Below, one piece after another: positions 19,851 through 28,827 of a stretch of DNA of 64,000 nucleotides. The position numbers were made by a program, and so were the translations under genes. Origin of the DNA: Bacilli bacterium (GTDB lineage Bacteria; Bacillota_I; Bacilli_A; RF39; UBA660); assembly GCA_017432825.1 (NCBI GenBank), contig JAFRIJ010000002.1, forward strand, positions 34,170-98,169, given 5' to 3'. The first letter of the stretch is position 1. Every line of letters starts with the position of its first letter. The notes under the pieces are model-generated. The model searched no databases. It was not told the DNA's origin and saw only the letters and a list, made by a program, of their open reading frames with translations.

Positions 19851-20291
19851 CTACTTCTCAACTAACATAACACTTATATCGCAACTAACACTCTTATGTA
19901 AATTAATACATACATTATGAACCCCCAAAGAATTAAGAGAATTATCTAATTTAATCATCTTCTTATCAATAGAATATCCTATTTTATTTAATTCATCACA
20001 TATTTGCTTACTACTAACAGAACCAAATACTTTACCATTATTAGATTTAACATCAAATTTTAAACTAACATCTTTAAGCTTTTCGGCTAACTTCTTAGCT
20101 TTAGCCAAATCATTATCCTCTTTTATCTTAATATTTTTTAAATCTTTATTCAATATATCAGAACTAGTTTTAGTATATTTAACAGCATATCCATTCTTAA
20201 TTAAATAGTTAGTAGCATATCCATCACTAACTTCTTTAACCTCATTAACACGCCCTTGTTTCTTCAAATCTTTAATAAAAATAACTTTCAT
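19851..20291 (-). CDS. rplI: 50S ribosomal protein L9
   Basis: 146 aa. MKVIFIKDLKKQGRVNEVKEVSDGYATNYLI matches the L9 N-domain. Confidence 0.95.
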   Translation of the reverse strand: MKVIFIKDLKKQGRVNEVKEVSDGYATNYLIKNGYAVKYTKTSSDILNKDLKNIKIKEDNDLAKAKKLAEKLKDVSLKFDVKSNNGKVFGSVSSKQICDELNKIGYSIDKKMIKLDNSLNSLGVHNVCINLHKSVSCDISVMLVEK

Positions 20292-20338
20292 AATACCACC
20301 CTTCTTAAAAATAATTATACTATAAATATTGTAGTTAG

Positions 20339-20369
20339 TAAAGAAAAAGAACTATGTTATCATAGTTCT
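20339..20369 (-). terminator. rho-independent terminator of the adhesin gene
   Basis: Stem AGAACTATG/CATAGTTCT (20348-20356 / 20361-20369) with a 4-nt loop, then a T-rich run on the minus strand. The stem overlaps the TGA stop. Confidence 0.6.
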
Positions 20370-23050
20370 TGATTACTTATTTTATTGTTATTTTTCTTAT
20401 TTTTAAATACATAAACATATGCTAGAGCTCCAAGAGATACAAAAGCAAATATTGAAATAATAATTATTGGTAACATACCAGTTTTCTTATCTTCAAGAGG
20501 TTCATCCTTCATAACAATTTTGTTATTAGCAATACTTTTACCATCTTTATCTGCTAAAGTTCCATCATCTAACATCTTAAATAATATAGCCTCTGATACA
20601 GAATATCCTTTAGGAGCAGTCGTTTCAACTAAATAATAAGTACCAGCTGGTAAACCAGATATTTTTTTAGGCTCATTACCAGAAACCCAAGTAGCATCTT
20701 CTCCATTAGCAAGTTTTACAGGAATGCAATTACCATAAGCATCAAACCTAAGTACTACTTTAGTATCACCTACTTCAACAGTATCTTCAGTTTCTTCATT
20801 AGAATCAGTTTCAGATGAAGTACCCTCGTTGTTGCTATCATCAATATCAGTTCCAGCCTCTGTATTAACTTCTATCTCATTTAAAGTTTTAACAACTTCA
20901 CAAATTGATAATTTAGCACCAGGTAACTCTTTAGTAGTAACAATATCAGTTTTACTAATAGTAACTTCATTTAATTGATTTCTCAAAACAATAGTATTAT
21001 CTTGAGCTACAGCGCCACTTCCTTGCTTAACACTACCATCTACATTTACAATAAACTTAGTAGCAGTAGTAACTTCTTTATATCCACTTGGAGGTAAAGT
21101 TTCAATCAAATAATATGTACCAGCTTTAATTCCATTAAATTCCCTAGGACTAGTACTAGAAGTCCAACTTAAAGTAACTTCTCCCTCATCACCATTACTA
21201 ACCGTTTTAGCAGCAGCACACTTTTCCTTATTTGAATTATAAGCAGCTTCAGTACAAATCTTTAAATTTGCACCAAGAACTTCATCATCTCCAGTAGCAG
21301 CTTTCTTACTAATCTTTAAAACATTTTTATTATTTTGTACTGTAATAGTAACTTTACCATCTTCAAAATCAACTGATTGATAGTTACTCTTTCCTTCACA
21401 TATATCCATATTTTTAGCAGTAAAGCTTTGACCATTTAATTTACCACAAACTTTTTCAGCAACAACTTTTGAAGTATTAACATCATCATTGCCAGTACAT
21501 TCATCATCAATTGTATAACTAGTAGTAGTATGACTTGCATCTGGATCTAATATTCTTGCAGGCTCATTACTTTGAGTAGGTTCAGTAGTGTCATTACTTC
21601 CATTACCTGGATCATCAGTTCCTGAATCATCAGTTCCTGGATCATCAGTTCCTGAATCATCTCCACTACTAGGTGCAACATAATTTGGATTGTCTATATA
21701 TGGTGTAGTAACTTTTTTACATATCTTAACTATATCACTATCACAATAATCATTATTAGCAGCATTGCCATCATTATCAAGACATTGACTGGTTCCTTCT
21801 TGACTTCTATTAACTGTTACACAGTAACGAGTATTTCCAGACACATATCCATCAGGAACAGCAGTTTCTTTAAAACAATACTCTTTTCCATAAAATGCAT
21901 CATCAGCATCAACTACAGGTCCATAAGTAAATTTAAATATTGAACCTTTACTAACAGTTGGTCCATTTAATGATACAGGTGGATTATCAGCAGAAAATTG
22001 AGCTCCGCTTAATGGTTCACCATTTTCATCAACCTTTTGTATTTTAATTGTATGACTTGATTGATCAAGTTTATCAATTTCAAAAGTTAAAGTTTTAGAA
22101 CCTGTAAAAGTAGATTTTTTAGTTTTAGTAATTAATAATGGTTGATACTTATCACTACTACCTTTACAATAAAGCTCTCCAACAGTATAACTAGTAGTAA
22201 CGCTTCCACTTATTTTAAGATTAAAACTATAATCTCCATCTAAAGCACTAACACCAAGTGATTTAACATAAAATGAATAACTCTCACTTCCACTAGGAAT
22301 AGCAAATCCATCTGAAGGAATAATATTACAGCTAGAACTAACTCCACTAGATTTAGAACATATATATACACTTTGTCCAGTAGCAAGCCCAGAAACAGTA
22401 ATTTTATAACTAGGAGTGCCATTTAAATACTGAGTTTTCAATCCACTAATAGTAACCTTTTTAGAAATAAATTGTGAATTATTTTTATTAAGTCTACTCA
22501 TAGTATTAGACGCAATAGTCATACTAAGATCCTTTTTAAAATCTGAGTTACTTTTGCTTTTTATCTCTTTATATCGTGTAGTTGCTTCACTAGAAATAGA
22601 ACTAAGAGTAACACTAGAACCTCCAGAAAAAGTACCACTACCAGATAATTTCAACGCATTATTTAATGCAGCAACTTTATAAGCATACGCCTTATCAGTA
22701 GTTTTTTCACCAGTTTTAGTAGTAACAGCTTCCACTATTTGACCAGCAAGCAAAAGCTTATCATCCATCTCTGCTTGCGTTTTCCACAAATTACAACTTG
22801 TATAAGTACCAGCTTTAAATTCTGCAGAGGATACAACACAATAAGCTAATTGATTAGTAGACTTTACTTTCTTTTTAATTGTAAAGCTACGAGCATTACC
22901 ACTATATTTTATTCCAAAATTAGAAAAATTAATATGTTCAGTCTTTGCTTCTTCAACTGTAATAGAAGCAGCACTAACACCAACAGGAATAATTAATAAT
23001 AGTAATATAAAAACAAGAACTCTTTTTAATAGATTTTTTTCCATTTTCAC
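20360..23050 (-). CDS. large surface adhesin with SpaA/Cna-B-type (prealbumin-fold) domains
   Basis: 896 aa. Signal peptide, then three repeats of the G..F..../ET.AP.GY pattern (GAQFSAD...KETAVPDGYV, IETLPPSGYKEV, VETTAPKGYSVSE). C-terminal TM plus basic tail (KKTGMLPIIIISIFAFVSLGALAYVYVFKNKK), but no canonical LPXTG. Confidence 0.8.
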   Translation of the reverse strand: MKMEKNLLKRVLVFILLLLIIPVGVSAASITVEEAKTEHINFSNFGIKYSGNARSFTIKKKVKSTNQLAYCVVSSAEFKAGTYTSCNLWKTQAEMDDKLLLAGQIVEAVTTKTGEKTTDKAYAYKVAALNNALKLSGSGTFSGGSSVTLSSISSEATTRYKEIKSKSNSDFKKDLSMTIASNTMSRLNKNNSQFISKKVTISGLKTQYLNGTPSYKITVSGLATGQSVYICSKSSGVSSSCNIIPSDGFAIPSGSESYSFYVKSLGVSALDGDYSFNLKISGSVTTSYTVGELYCKGSSDKYQPLLITKTKKSTFTGSKTLTFEIDKLDQSSHTIKIQKVDENGEPLSGAQFSADNPPVSLNGPTVSKGSIFKFTYGPVVDADDAFYGKEYCFKETAVPDGYVSGNTRYCVTVNRSQEGTSQCLDNDGNAANNDYCDSDIVKICKKVTTPYIDNPNYVAPSSGDDSGTDDPGTDDSGTDDPGNGSNDTTEPTQSNEPARILDPDASHTTTSYTIDDECTGNDDVNTSKVVAEKVCGKLNGQSFTAKNMDICEGKSNYQSVDFEDGKVTITVQNNKNVLKISKKAATGDDEVLGANLKICTEAAYNSNKEKCAAAKTVSNGDEGEVTLSWTSSTSPREFNGIKAGTYYLIETLPPSGYKEVTTATKFIVNVDGSVKQGSGAVAQDNTIVLRNQLNEVTISKTDIVTTKELPGAKLSICEVVKTLNEIEVNTEAGTDIDDSNNEGTSSETDSNEETEDTVEVGDTKVVLRFDAYGNCIPVKLANGEDATWVSGNEPKKISGLPAGTYYLVETTAPKGYSVSEAILFKMLDDGTLADKDGKSIANNKIVMKDEPLEDKKTGMLPIIIISIFAFVSLGALAYVYVFKNKKNNNKISNQEL
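21606..21661. repeat. 15-bp in-frame tandem repeat (about 3.7 copies) inside the adhesin gene
   Basis: CCTGGATCATCAGTT and CCTGAATCATCAGTT alternate, encoding DDSGTDDPGTDDSGTDDPG. Confidence 0.9.
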
Positions 23051-23115
23051 ACACCTCTTCTACTATAAAAAAGTATAACATAGTAAAAAAAATATTGCAA
23101 GAAAAAAAGAGATTT

Positions 23116-25218
23116 TTATCTCTTTATTTCAACTATTTCATATGCTTCTATTATATCTTTTTCTTTAATATCGTTATAATTTTCAATAGTAATACCACAT
23201 TCAATACCACTTTTAACTTCTTTAACTTGATCTTTTTCTCTTGCTATAGTATTTATATTACCATCATAAATAACAACACCATCTCTTATAATTCTTGCTT
23301 TAGCATCTCTTTTAATAATACCACTAGTAACCATAGAACCTGCTATTGTACCAACTTTAGAAAATTTAAATAATTTTCTTACCTCTGCTTCTCCTATTAT
23401 TTTTTCCTCGTATTCTGGATCAAGTTTTCCCTTCATAGCTTGTTCCATCTCTTCTACTAGTTTATAAATAATATTATATAATCTAATATCTACTTCTCTT
23501 TCTTTAGCATAATCCATTATCTTATTATCAGGTCTTATATTAAAACCAATAATAATAGCGTCACTTGCTTTTGCCAAAACAATATCAGATTCACTAATTG
23601 CACCAATACTACTCCTAATAATATTAATATGAATACCATCAACATCTAATTTTAATAAAGAATTTCTAACAGCTTCTTCACTACCCTTAACATCAGCTTT
23701 TAATATAACATTTATTTCCTTAGAACCAGCATTAATTCTATCAAATAAATCATCTAAACTAACAGAATGAGTTACTTTATTATTATTTTCTTTATATTTT
23801 AACAATCTATTAGCCGCTATAGCTTTAGCCTTCTTTTCATTATCAAAAACCATAAATTTATCTCCAGCACTAGGGCTTTCAGATAAACCAGTAATACTAA
23901 CAGGAGTACTAGGACCTGCACTAACTAAAGATTCATTTCTATCATTCTTTAAAGTTCTGACTTTACCAGCATAATTACCAACTACAATAGCATCTCCTAA
24001 TCTTAAAGTACCATTTTGAATAAGTAAAGTACAACTAACACCAGATGATTTATCAATCTTAGATTCAATAACAGTACCAGAAGCATATCTATTTGGATTA
24101 GCTTTCAATTCACTAACTTCACTTATTAATAATATTCTTTCTAACAAATCATCTATACCCATACCAGTTTTAGCAGAAATGTTAACAAACATAACATCTC
24201 CGCCCCATTCCTCAGGCATAATTCCAGCTTCAGCCATTTCAGTTAAAACTTTTTCTGGATTTGCTCCAGGTTTATCCATTTTATTAACTGCAACTATAAT
24301 TGGAACACCAGCAGCTTTAGCATGATCTATAGCTTCTTTAGTTTGAGGCATAACACCATCATCAGCAGCTACTATAATAATAACAATATCCGTTATAGAG
24401 GCTCCTCTAGCTCTCATCTCCGTAAATGCAGCATGCCCTGGAGTATCAATAAATGTAATTTTTTTATCATTATATGTAATTTGATAAGCACCTATAGCTT
24501 GTGTAATACCACCAGCTTCACCAGATACAACATTAGTTTTTCTAATAGTATCTAATAAAGTAGTTTTACCATGATCAACATGTCCCATAATAGTAACAAC
24601 AGGAGGTCTTTCTAATAACTCTTCATCATTATCTATTATTTCTAATTCTTCAAAATTAGATTCATCAACAACTTCTTCTCTTTTAATATTCTTATTATAG
24701 TCCATAACAATAATAGAAGCAGTATCAAAATCAATAGCTTGATTTAAATTCATCATCATCCCCATAGTCATAAGTTTCTTTATAACTTCAGATGCTGAAA
24801 CACCTATAGAATTTGCTAAATCGCCAACAGACATACCATCATGATAAATCACATCATTATCATTAATTTCTACAACATTAGATTTAAGCTTATCCTTATG
24901 TTTATACATCTCTTTTCTCTTAGACATAAAATCTTCTTTAGAATTAGAAGAAAATTTATTTGTCTTAGACTTCTTAGTAATATTACTTTTATTTTTTTCT
25001 ACTATAGGAATACTAATTTCCTCTTCAATATCTTCTTCGTCACTATAATCATCACTACTATAATCTCCATTTTGAATTTCATTATCAAGTAATATTATAG
25101 CATCATCATCAAGCATATCTTCTTCATTTTTAACATCAATATTTAACTTATTACACAAACTCAATATAACATCAACACTTAAAGAAACATCTAATGCATA
25201 TTCCATTACACTCATCAT
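23116..25218 (-). CDS. infB: translation initiation factor IF-2
   Basis: GHVDHGKTTLLD, DTPGH and NKMD motifs. Start placed at ATG 25216-25218 (MMSVMEY), 6 nt after a GGAGGTG RBS. Confidence 0.96.
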   Translation of the reverse strand: MMSVMEYALDVSLSVDVILSLCNKLNIDVKNEEDMLDDDAIILLDNEIQNGDYSSDDYSDEEDIEEEISIPIVEKNKSNITKKSKTNKFSSNSKEDFMSKRKEMYKHKDKLKSNVVEINDNDVIYHDGMSVGDLANSIGVSASEVIKKLMTMGMMMNLNQAIDFDTASIIVMDYNKNIKREEVVDESNFEELEIIDNDEELLERPPVVTIMGHVDHGKTTLLDTIRKTNVVSGEAGGITQAIGAYQITYNDKKITFIDTPGHAAFTEMRARGASITDIVIIIVAADDGVMPQTKEAIDHAKAAGVPIIVAVNKMDKPGANPEKVLTEMAEAGIMPEEWGGDVMFVNISAKTGMGIDDLLERILLISEVSELKANPNRYASGTVIESKIDKSSGVSCTLLIQNGTLRLGDAIVVGNYAGKVRTLKNDRNESLVSAGPSTPVSITGLSESPSAGDKFMVFDNEKKAKAIAANRLLKYKENNNKVTHSVSLDDLFDRINAGSKEINVILKADVKGSEEAVRNSLLKLDVDGIHINIIRSSIGAISESDIVLAKASDAIIIGFNIRPDNKIMDYAKEREVDIRLYNIIYKLVEEMEQAMKGKLDPEYEEKIIGEAEVRKLFKFSKVGTIAGSMVTSGIIKRDAKARIIRDGVVIYDGNINTIAREKDQVKEVKSGIECGITIENYNDIKEKDIIEAYEIVEIKR

Positions 25219-25241
25219 GAGTATCACCTCCAAATATTATT

Positions 25242-25496
25242 TTATTTAACCATATTAATAAGCTCCTCATATATTTCATCAGGAATTGTAATTTCTAACT
25301 TCTTATCTAATATTCTATTCTTTTTACACTTTTCTATAACCATAACATCACGTTTTAAATAAGCACCTCTACCATTAGCTTTACCAGTCAAGTCAATAAA
25401 AACTTGATTATCTTTGTTTTTTACTACTCTAATTAAATCTTTTTTTTCTAATTTTTCCATAGTTACAATACAACTACGCAATGGTATCTTCTTCAT
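25242..25496 (-). CDS. ylxR: YlxR/DUF448 RNA-binding protein
   Basis: MKKIPLRSCIV...GRGAYL signature. Lies between nusA and infB. The ATG at 25496 overlaps the nusA 3' end by 23 nt. Confidence 0.85.
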   Translation of the reverse strand: MKKIPLRSCIVTMEKLEKKDLIRVVKNKDNQVFIDLTGKANGRGAYLKRDVMVIEKCKKNRILDKKLEITIPDEIYEELINMVK

Positions 25497-26592
25497 TATT
25501 ATCAATATCCTCTACATTATTAGAAAACTTTTCTCTATACTCATTAATATTTACTTCAGTATCACATTTAACATCAATTTTATACTTAGTAAGTCTAGAA
25601 GCTAATTTAACATTAATACCTTTCTTACCAATTGCTAAAGATAGATTATCTTTATTAACAATTGCTATAGCCTCTTTCTTTTTAGGATTAGTAATAAATA
25701 CTTCTACATCCTTAGCTGGAGAAAGAGCATTTTTAATAAACGTAACAGCATCTTTATTATATTCAACAACATCAATCTTTTCATCAGCAATTTGTCTTAA
25801 AACTCTATTAATTCTACTTCCATTTTGTCCAATAACAGCTCCAACAGCTATAACATTATCGACTTCACTATAAACAGCTATCTTACTTCTAATACCAGCC
25901 TCTCTAGCTATAGAATATAAAACAACTGTTCCATCATTAATTTCTGGTATTTCAGTTTCAAGTAATCTCTTTAAAAAGCCATAATGTGTTCTAGATAACA
26001 AAATAAATACACCCTTATTACCAATCTCTAATTTAGTAACATACGCCTTAATTTGACTTCCCATTTCTAACTTTTCACCAGGAATAACATCTTTCTTAGG
26101 AAGTAATGCAAAAGTTTTACCTAAATCAACATAATAAGTATTAGCATCTTCTCTAGATAAAGTACCAACTACCATCTCATCTTGTTTATCTCCATACATA
26201 TTTGCAATAATCTCTTTTTCAGCTTCCTTAACACGTTGTACAACAACTTGTTTAGCAGTACCTGCTGCTACTCTACCAAAATCAGTCATCTCAACTGGTT
26301 TTTCAATAGTTTCCCCAATTTCAATATCAGGAACTTGTTTTTTAGCCTCTGTTAAAGATATTTGACTCTTCTCATCAACATAATTTTCATCTTCTACAAC
26401 AGTTCTAACTGAAAATAATTTTATTTCTCCAGTACTTGGATTAACTTCACATCTTGCAGCTCCACCTTTTTTCTTATAAGCTGCTGCCATTGCTTGCTCC
26501 ATAGCTTCTATAATAACTTTTTTATCTATTCCTTTTTCAGCTACAATAGCATCTACAGCATTCATAAATTCTTTCATTTGTTTTTTATCCAT
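25474..26592 (-). CDS. nusA: transcription termination/antitermination factor NusA
   Basis: 372 aa. S1 and two KH regions (IGQNGSRI, IGKKGINV). Conserved rimP-nusA-ylxR-infB order. Confidence 0.95.
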   Translation of the reverse strand: MDKKQMKEFMNAVDAIVAEKGIDKKVIIEAMEQAMAAAYKKKGGAARCEVNPSTGEIKLFSVRTVVEDENYVDEKSQISLTEAKKQVPDIEIGETIEKPVEMTDFGRVAAGTAKQVVVQRVKEAEKEIIANMYGDKQDEMVVGTLSREDANTYYVDLGKTFALLPKKDVIPGEKLEMGSQIKAYVTKLEIGNKGVFILLSRTHYGFLKRLLETEIPEINDGTVVLYSIAREAGIRSKIAVYSEVDNVIAVGAVIGQNGSRINRVLRQIADEKIDVVEYNKDAVTFIKNALSPAKDVEVFITNPKKKEAIAIVNKDNLSLAIGKKGINVKLASRLTKYKIDVKCDTEVNINEYREKFSNNVEDIDNNEEDTIA

Positions 26593-26843
26593 TATAATTC
26601 ACCTTTCTCCTTTGAAGATATATCTAATATATAACTATCAGATATAATATCATTCTTATCTAGTATTTTATTTACTACATTAGTAACTTCTACAACGGTA
26701 TCAATATCTATAACCTTATCTCTATCAATAACAATACGTAAAAATTTATTATTACCTTCCTTAACATATTCAATACTATCAATAATTATTCCCATATTAT
26801 TAATAGGTTCCTCAATTAAATCTTTAACCTTGTTTTCTAACAT
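26592..26843 (-). CDS. rimP: ribosome maturation factor RimP, N-terminal-domain-only form (83 aa)
   Basis: Start moved to ATG 26843 (MLENKVKDLIEEPI) behind an AGGAGG RBS. The TAATG overlap with the nusA start is typical. It lacks the usual C-terminal domain. Confidence 0.7.
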   Translation of the reverse strand: MLENKVKDLIEEPINNMGIIIDSIEYVKEGNNKFLRIVIDRDKVIDIDTVVEVTNVVNKILDKNDIISDSYILDISSKEKGEL

Positions 26844-26948
26844 AAATCCTCCTATATTAAAAAGTGGACTTACATAAGGCCACTTTTCTCTCAAGATAGG
26901 CATATTATAACACTATAATAACAAAAAAACAAGACAATTCTTGTTTTT

Positions 26949-27542
26949 TTATTTAGCTTCAATATATTTACTAGCCATTGTATAATACTTAAATCCACTA
27001 ATAAGTGCAAATATAGCAGAAATAATTAATAATACATCACTTACTCTAAATCCCCAAAGCTCAAATGGCAAATTATGGAATAATGCAAAAGTTAAACCTA
27101 CCATCAAAGTAGCAGTCTTACATTTAGCAGTATAAATAGCTGCAACAGCATGACCTTTATTACCTACTATCATCTTCATAGAATCAACTGCAAAATCTCT
27201 AACAATAATTATTACAGCAACAGTAACACTAACCATTCCTTGAGCTGCTAAAATAACAAGTAAAGAATTAGTAAGCATTTTATCACTTATAGCATCAACC
27301 ATTTTTCCAAAATCAGTAACCATATTATATTTTCTAGCAACACGTCCATCAAAGAAATCAGTTAATGATGCTATTATAAATAAAACACCTGCAATTATAT
27401 ACTTAAGATCTACAAGTACCTTACCACCTACAAGAAAACTCGGAAAATTAATATTAACACTTTCAAATGGAAATAATAATAATATCATTATAACTATTGC
27501 CAACACAACTCTAGATAAAGTAATTTTATTTGCTAAGTTCAT
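26949..27542 (-). CDS. pgsA: CDP-diacylglycerol--glycerol-3-phosphate 3-phosphatidyltransferase
   Basis: CDP-alcohol transferase motif DFFDGRVARKYNMVTDFGKMVDAISDK. Start at ATG 27542 (MNLANKITLSR) behind GGAGGTG. Confidence 0.92.
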   Translation of the reverse strand: MNLANKITLSRVVLAIVIMILLLFPFESVNINFPSFLVGGKVLVDLKYIIAGVLFIIASLTDFFDGRVARKYNMVTDFGKMVDAISDKMLTNSLLVILAAQGMVSVTVAVIIIVRDFAVDSMKMIVGNKGHAVAAIYTAKCKTATLMVGLTFALFHNLPFELWGFRVSDVLLIISAIFALISGFKYYTMASKYIEAK

Positions 27543-28023
27543 TGTTTTCACCTCCTATATAACTAATCTTACTATTAGAAAAATCATCATTACTACCTTT
27601 ATTTCTTATAATTAAATAAATACTTACTAACAAAAGAATCAAAATAGTAACAGCAATAAACAATATTTTTCTATTTTTTTTATCCTTTTTAGTAACAGTA
27701 TATGGAGACAAAATCTTCATATCTCTTTCGCTTTCTTCTTTTTTCTTTCTGGCTTCTTCTATTTCTTCTAAAGAAATTTTAGATGTCTCTTCAAATAAAT
27801 ATTCATTAAAACTATCTAATAATTCTTCACCATCAAGTCCCAAATATTTAGCATAATCTCTAATAAAATATTTTAAAGAAAAAACATCCTTAAAGTCATC
27901 TTTTCTTCCTTCTTCAATACTTTCTAACTGACTAACTCGCATTTGAAGATCAGAGGCAGCTTCTTCCAAACTGACACCATTTTCTTCTCTTTTTTCCTTA
28001 AGTAGCAAACCAATTTCTTTCAT
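27526..28023 (-). CDS. RodZ-like XRE-HTH membrane protein
   Basis: N-terminal HTH (LLKEKREENGVSLEEAASDLQMRVSQLESIE) and a single TM (ILFIAVTILILLLVSIYLII). Upstream of pgsA, as ymfM/rodZ is in Bacillus. Confidence 0.7.
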   Translation of the reverse strand: MKEIGLLLKEKREENGVSLEEAASDLQMRVSQLESIEEGRKDDFKDVFSLKYFIRDYAKYLGLDGEELLDSFNEYLFEETSKISLEEIEEARKKKEESERDMKILSPYTVTKKDKKNRKILFIAVTILILLLVSIYLIIRNKGSNDDFSNSKISYIGGENNELSK

Positions 28024-28038
28024 ATAATCTCCTTAAAT

Positions 28039-28396
28039 AATAATCAATCTTATAAGCCACGTTCTGTACCTAAAAGGCGGTAAACATTTATCTATAGTAA
28101 ACTATCCAATCAGAAATTCTAATTCTTTCTTCATGATTCCTCTACCAAAATTTGAGTTTCTTACTTGTGGGGTTTACCTCGTTTCACTATTTATATTTCT
28201 ATAAATATTCGTCACTGTGGCACTTTTATATTAATTAATTCATAGTATAATACCTTAGAATCAATTAAAGCCGTAAGCATAAGCTCCCTTAGGTTATTTT
28301 TTCCCTAAGCACAAACACTACTATCATCACAGATAGTGCAAGCGTGGACTTTCCTCTATATAACAAATTATACAGCGTTTACCCAGATTAATTATT
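28039..28396 (-). ncRNA. rnpB: RNase P RNA, type B
   Basis: The minus strand contains GAGGAAAGTCCACGCTTGCAC (CR-I), AAAGTGCCACAGTGACGAA, GGTAAACCCC, AAACTCAAATTTTGGTAGAGGAA and ACAGAACGTGGCTTA (CR-V). These are co-linear with B. subtilis rnpB as I recall it. P1 pairs AATAATTAATCT with AGATTGATTATT. Confidence 0.92.
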
Positions 28397-28717
28397 TTCT
28401 TTTCCCAAAATTATTTTTTCTAATTGACTTACTCTACGAATTAAATCAACATTAGTAACTTCTTTTTCGGAAGAAAATTTTAAAGTTTCAATTTCATTTT
28501 TTAAATTTCTAATTTCCCCTTTTAATTCTTCATTCTCATTTGACAACTTATTATTCATAGTAGCAATTTCTCTTATAATACTATTATATTGATTATAATC
28601 TTTAATAATAATATCAAGAAACTTATCTACTTCTTGTAAGTTATAACCCCTTGCATCAATCTTAAAATCCTTTTCTAGAATTTCACCGCTAGTCAAAGTA
28701 ATTCTATCATTATACAT
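28388..28717 (-). CDS. gpsB: cell-cycle protein GpsB (DivIVA-domain)
   Basis: LTSGEILEKDFKIDARGYNLQEVDKFLDIIIKDY plus a coiled coil. Start moved to ATG 28717 behind a GAGGTGG RBS. gpsB-rnpB adjacency matches Bacillus. Confidence 0.88.
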   Translation of the reverse strand: MYNDRITLTSGEILEKDFKIDARGYNLQEVDKFLDIIIKDYNQYNSIIREIATMNNKLSNENEELKGEIRNLKNEIETLKFSSEKEVTNVDLIRRVSQLEKIILGKENN

Positions 28718-28827
28718 AAGACCACCTCTATAATAATATTGTAATTTATTTGTCACTATTTGTCAATTAATAATGAACATAAAAAAGGTATCTAAAATAA
28801 TACCACAAAAATACCTTTTAGTCAAAT

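Noticed and set aside
20360-20520. Canonical LPXTG sortase signal in the 896-aa adhesin.
   Set aside because: The residues before the C-terminal helix read PLEDKKTGMLP. There is no LPXTG, SPKTG or NPQTN match, so this is reported only as non-canonical.
22700-22900. Thioester (TED/TQXA) domain at the N-terminus of the 896-aa adhesin (..QLAYCVVSS.. and ..WKTQAEM..).
   Set aside because: A YC dipeptide is present, but no Q-x-x-hydrophobic-W partner motif follows at the expected spacing. The evidence is too weak to call.
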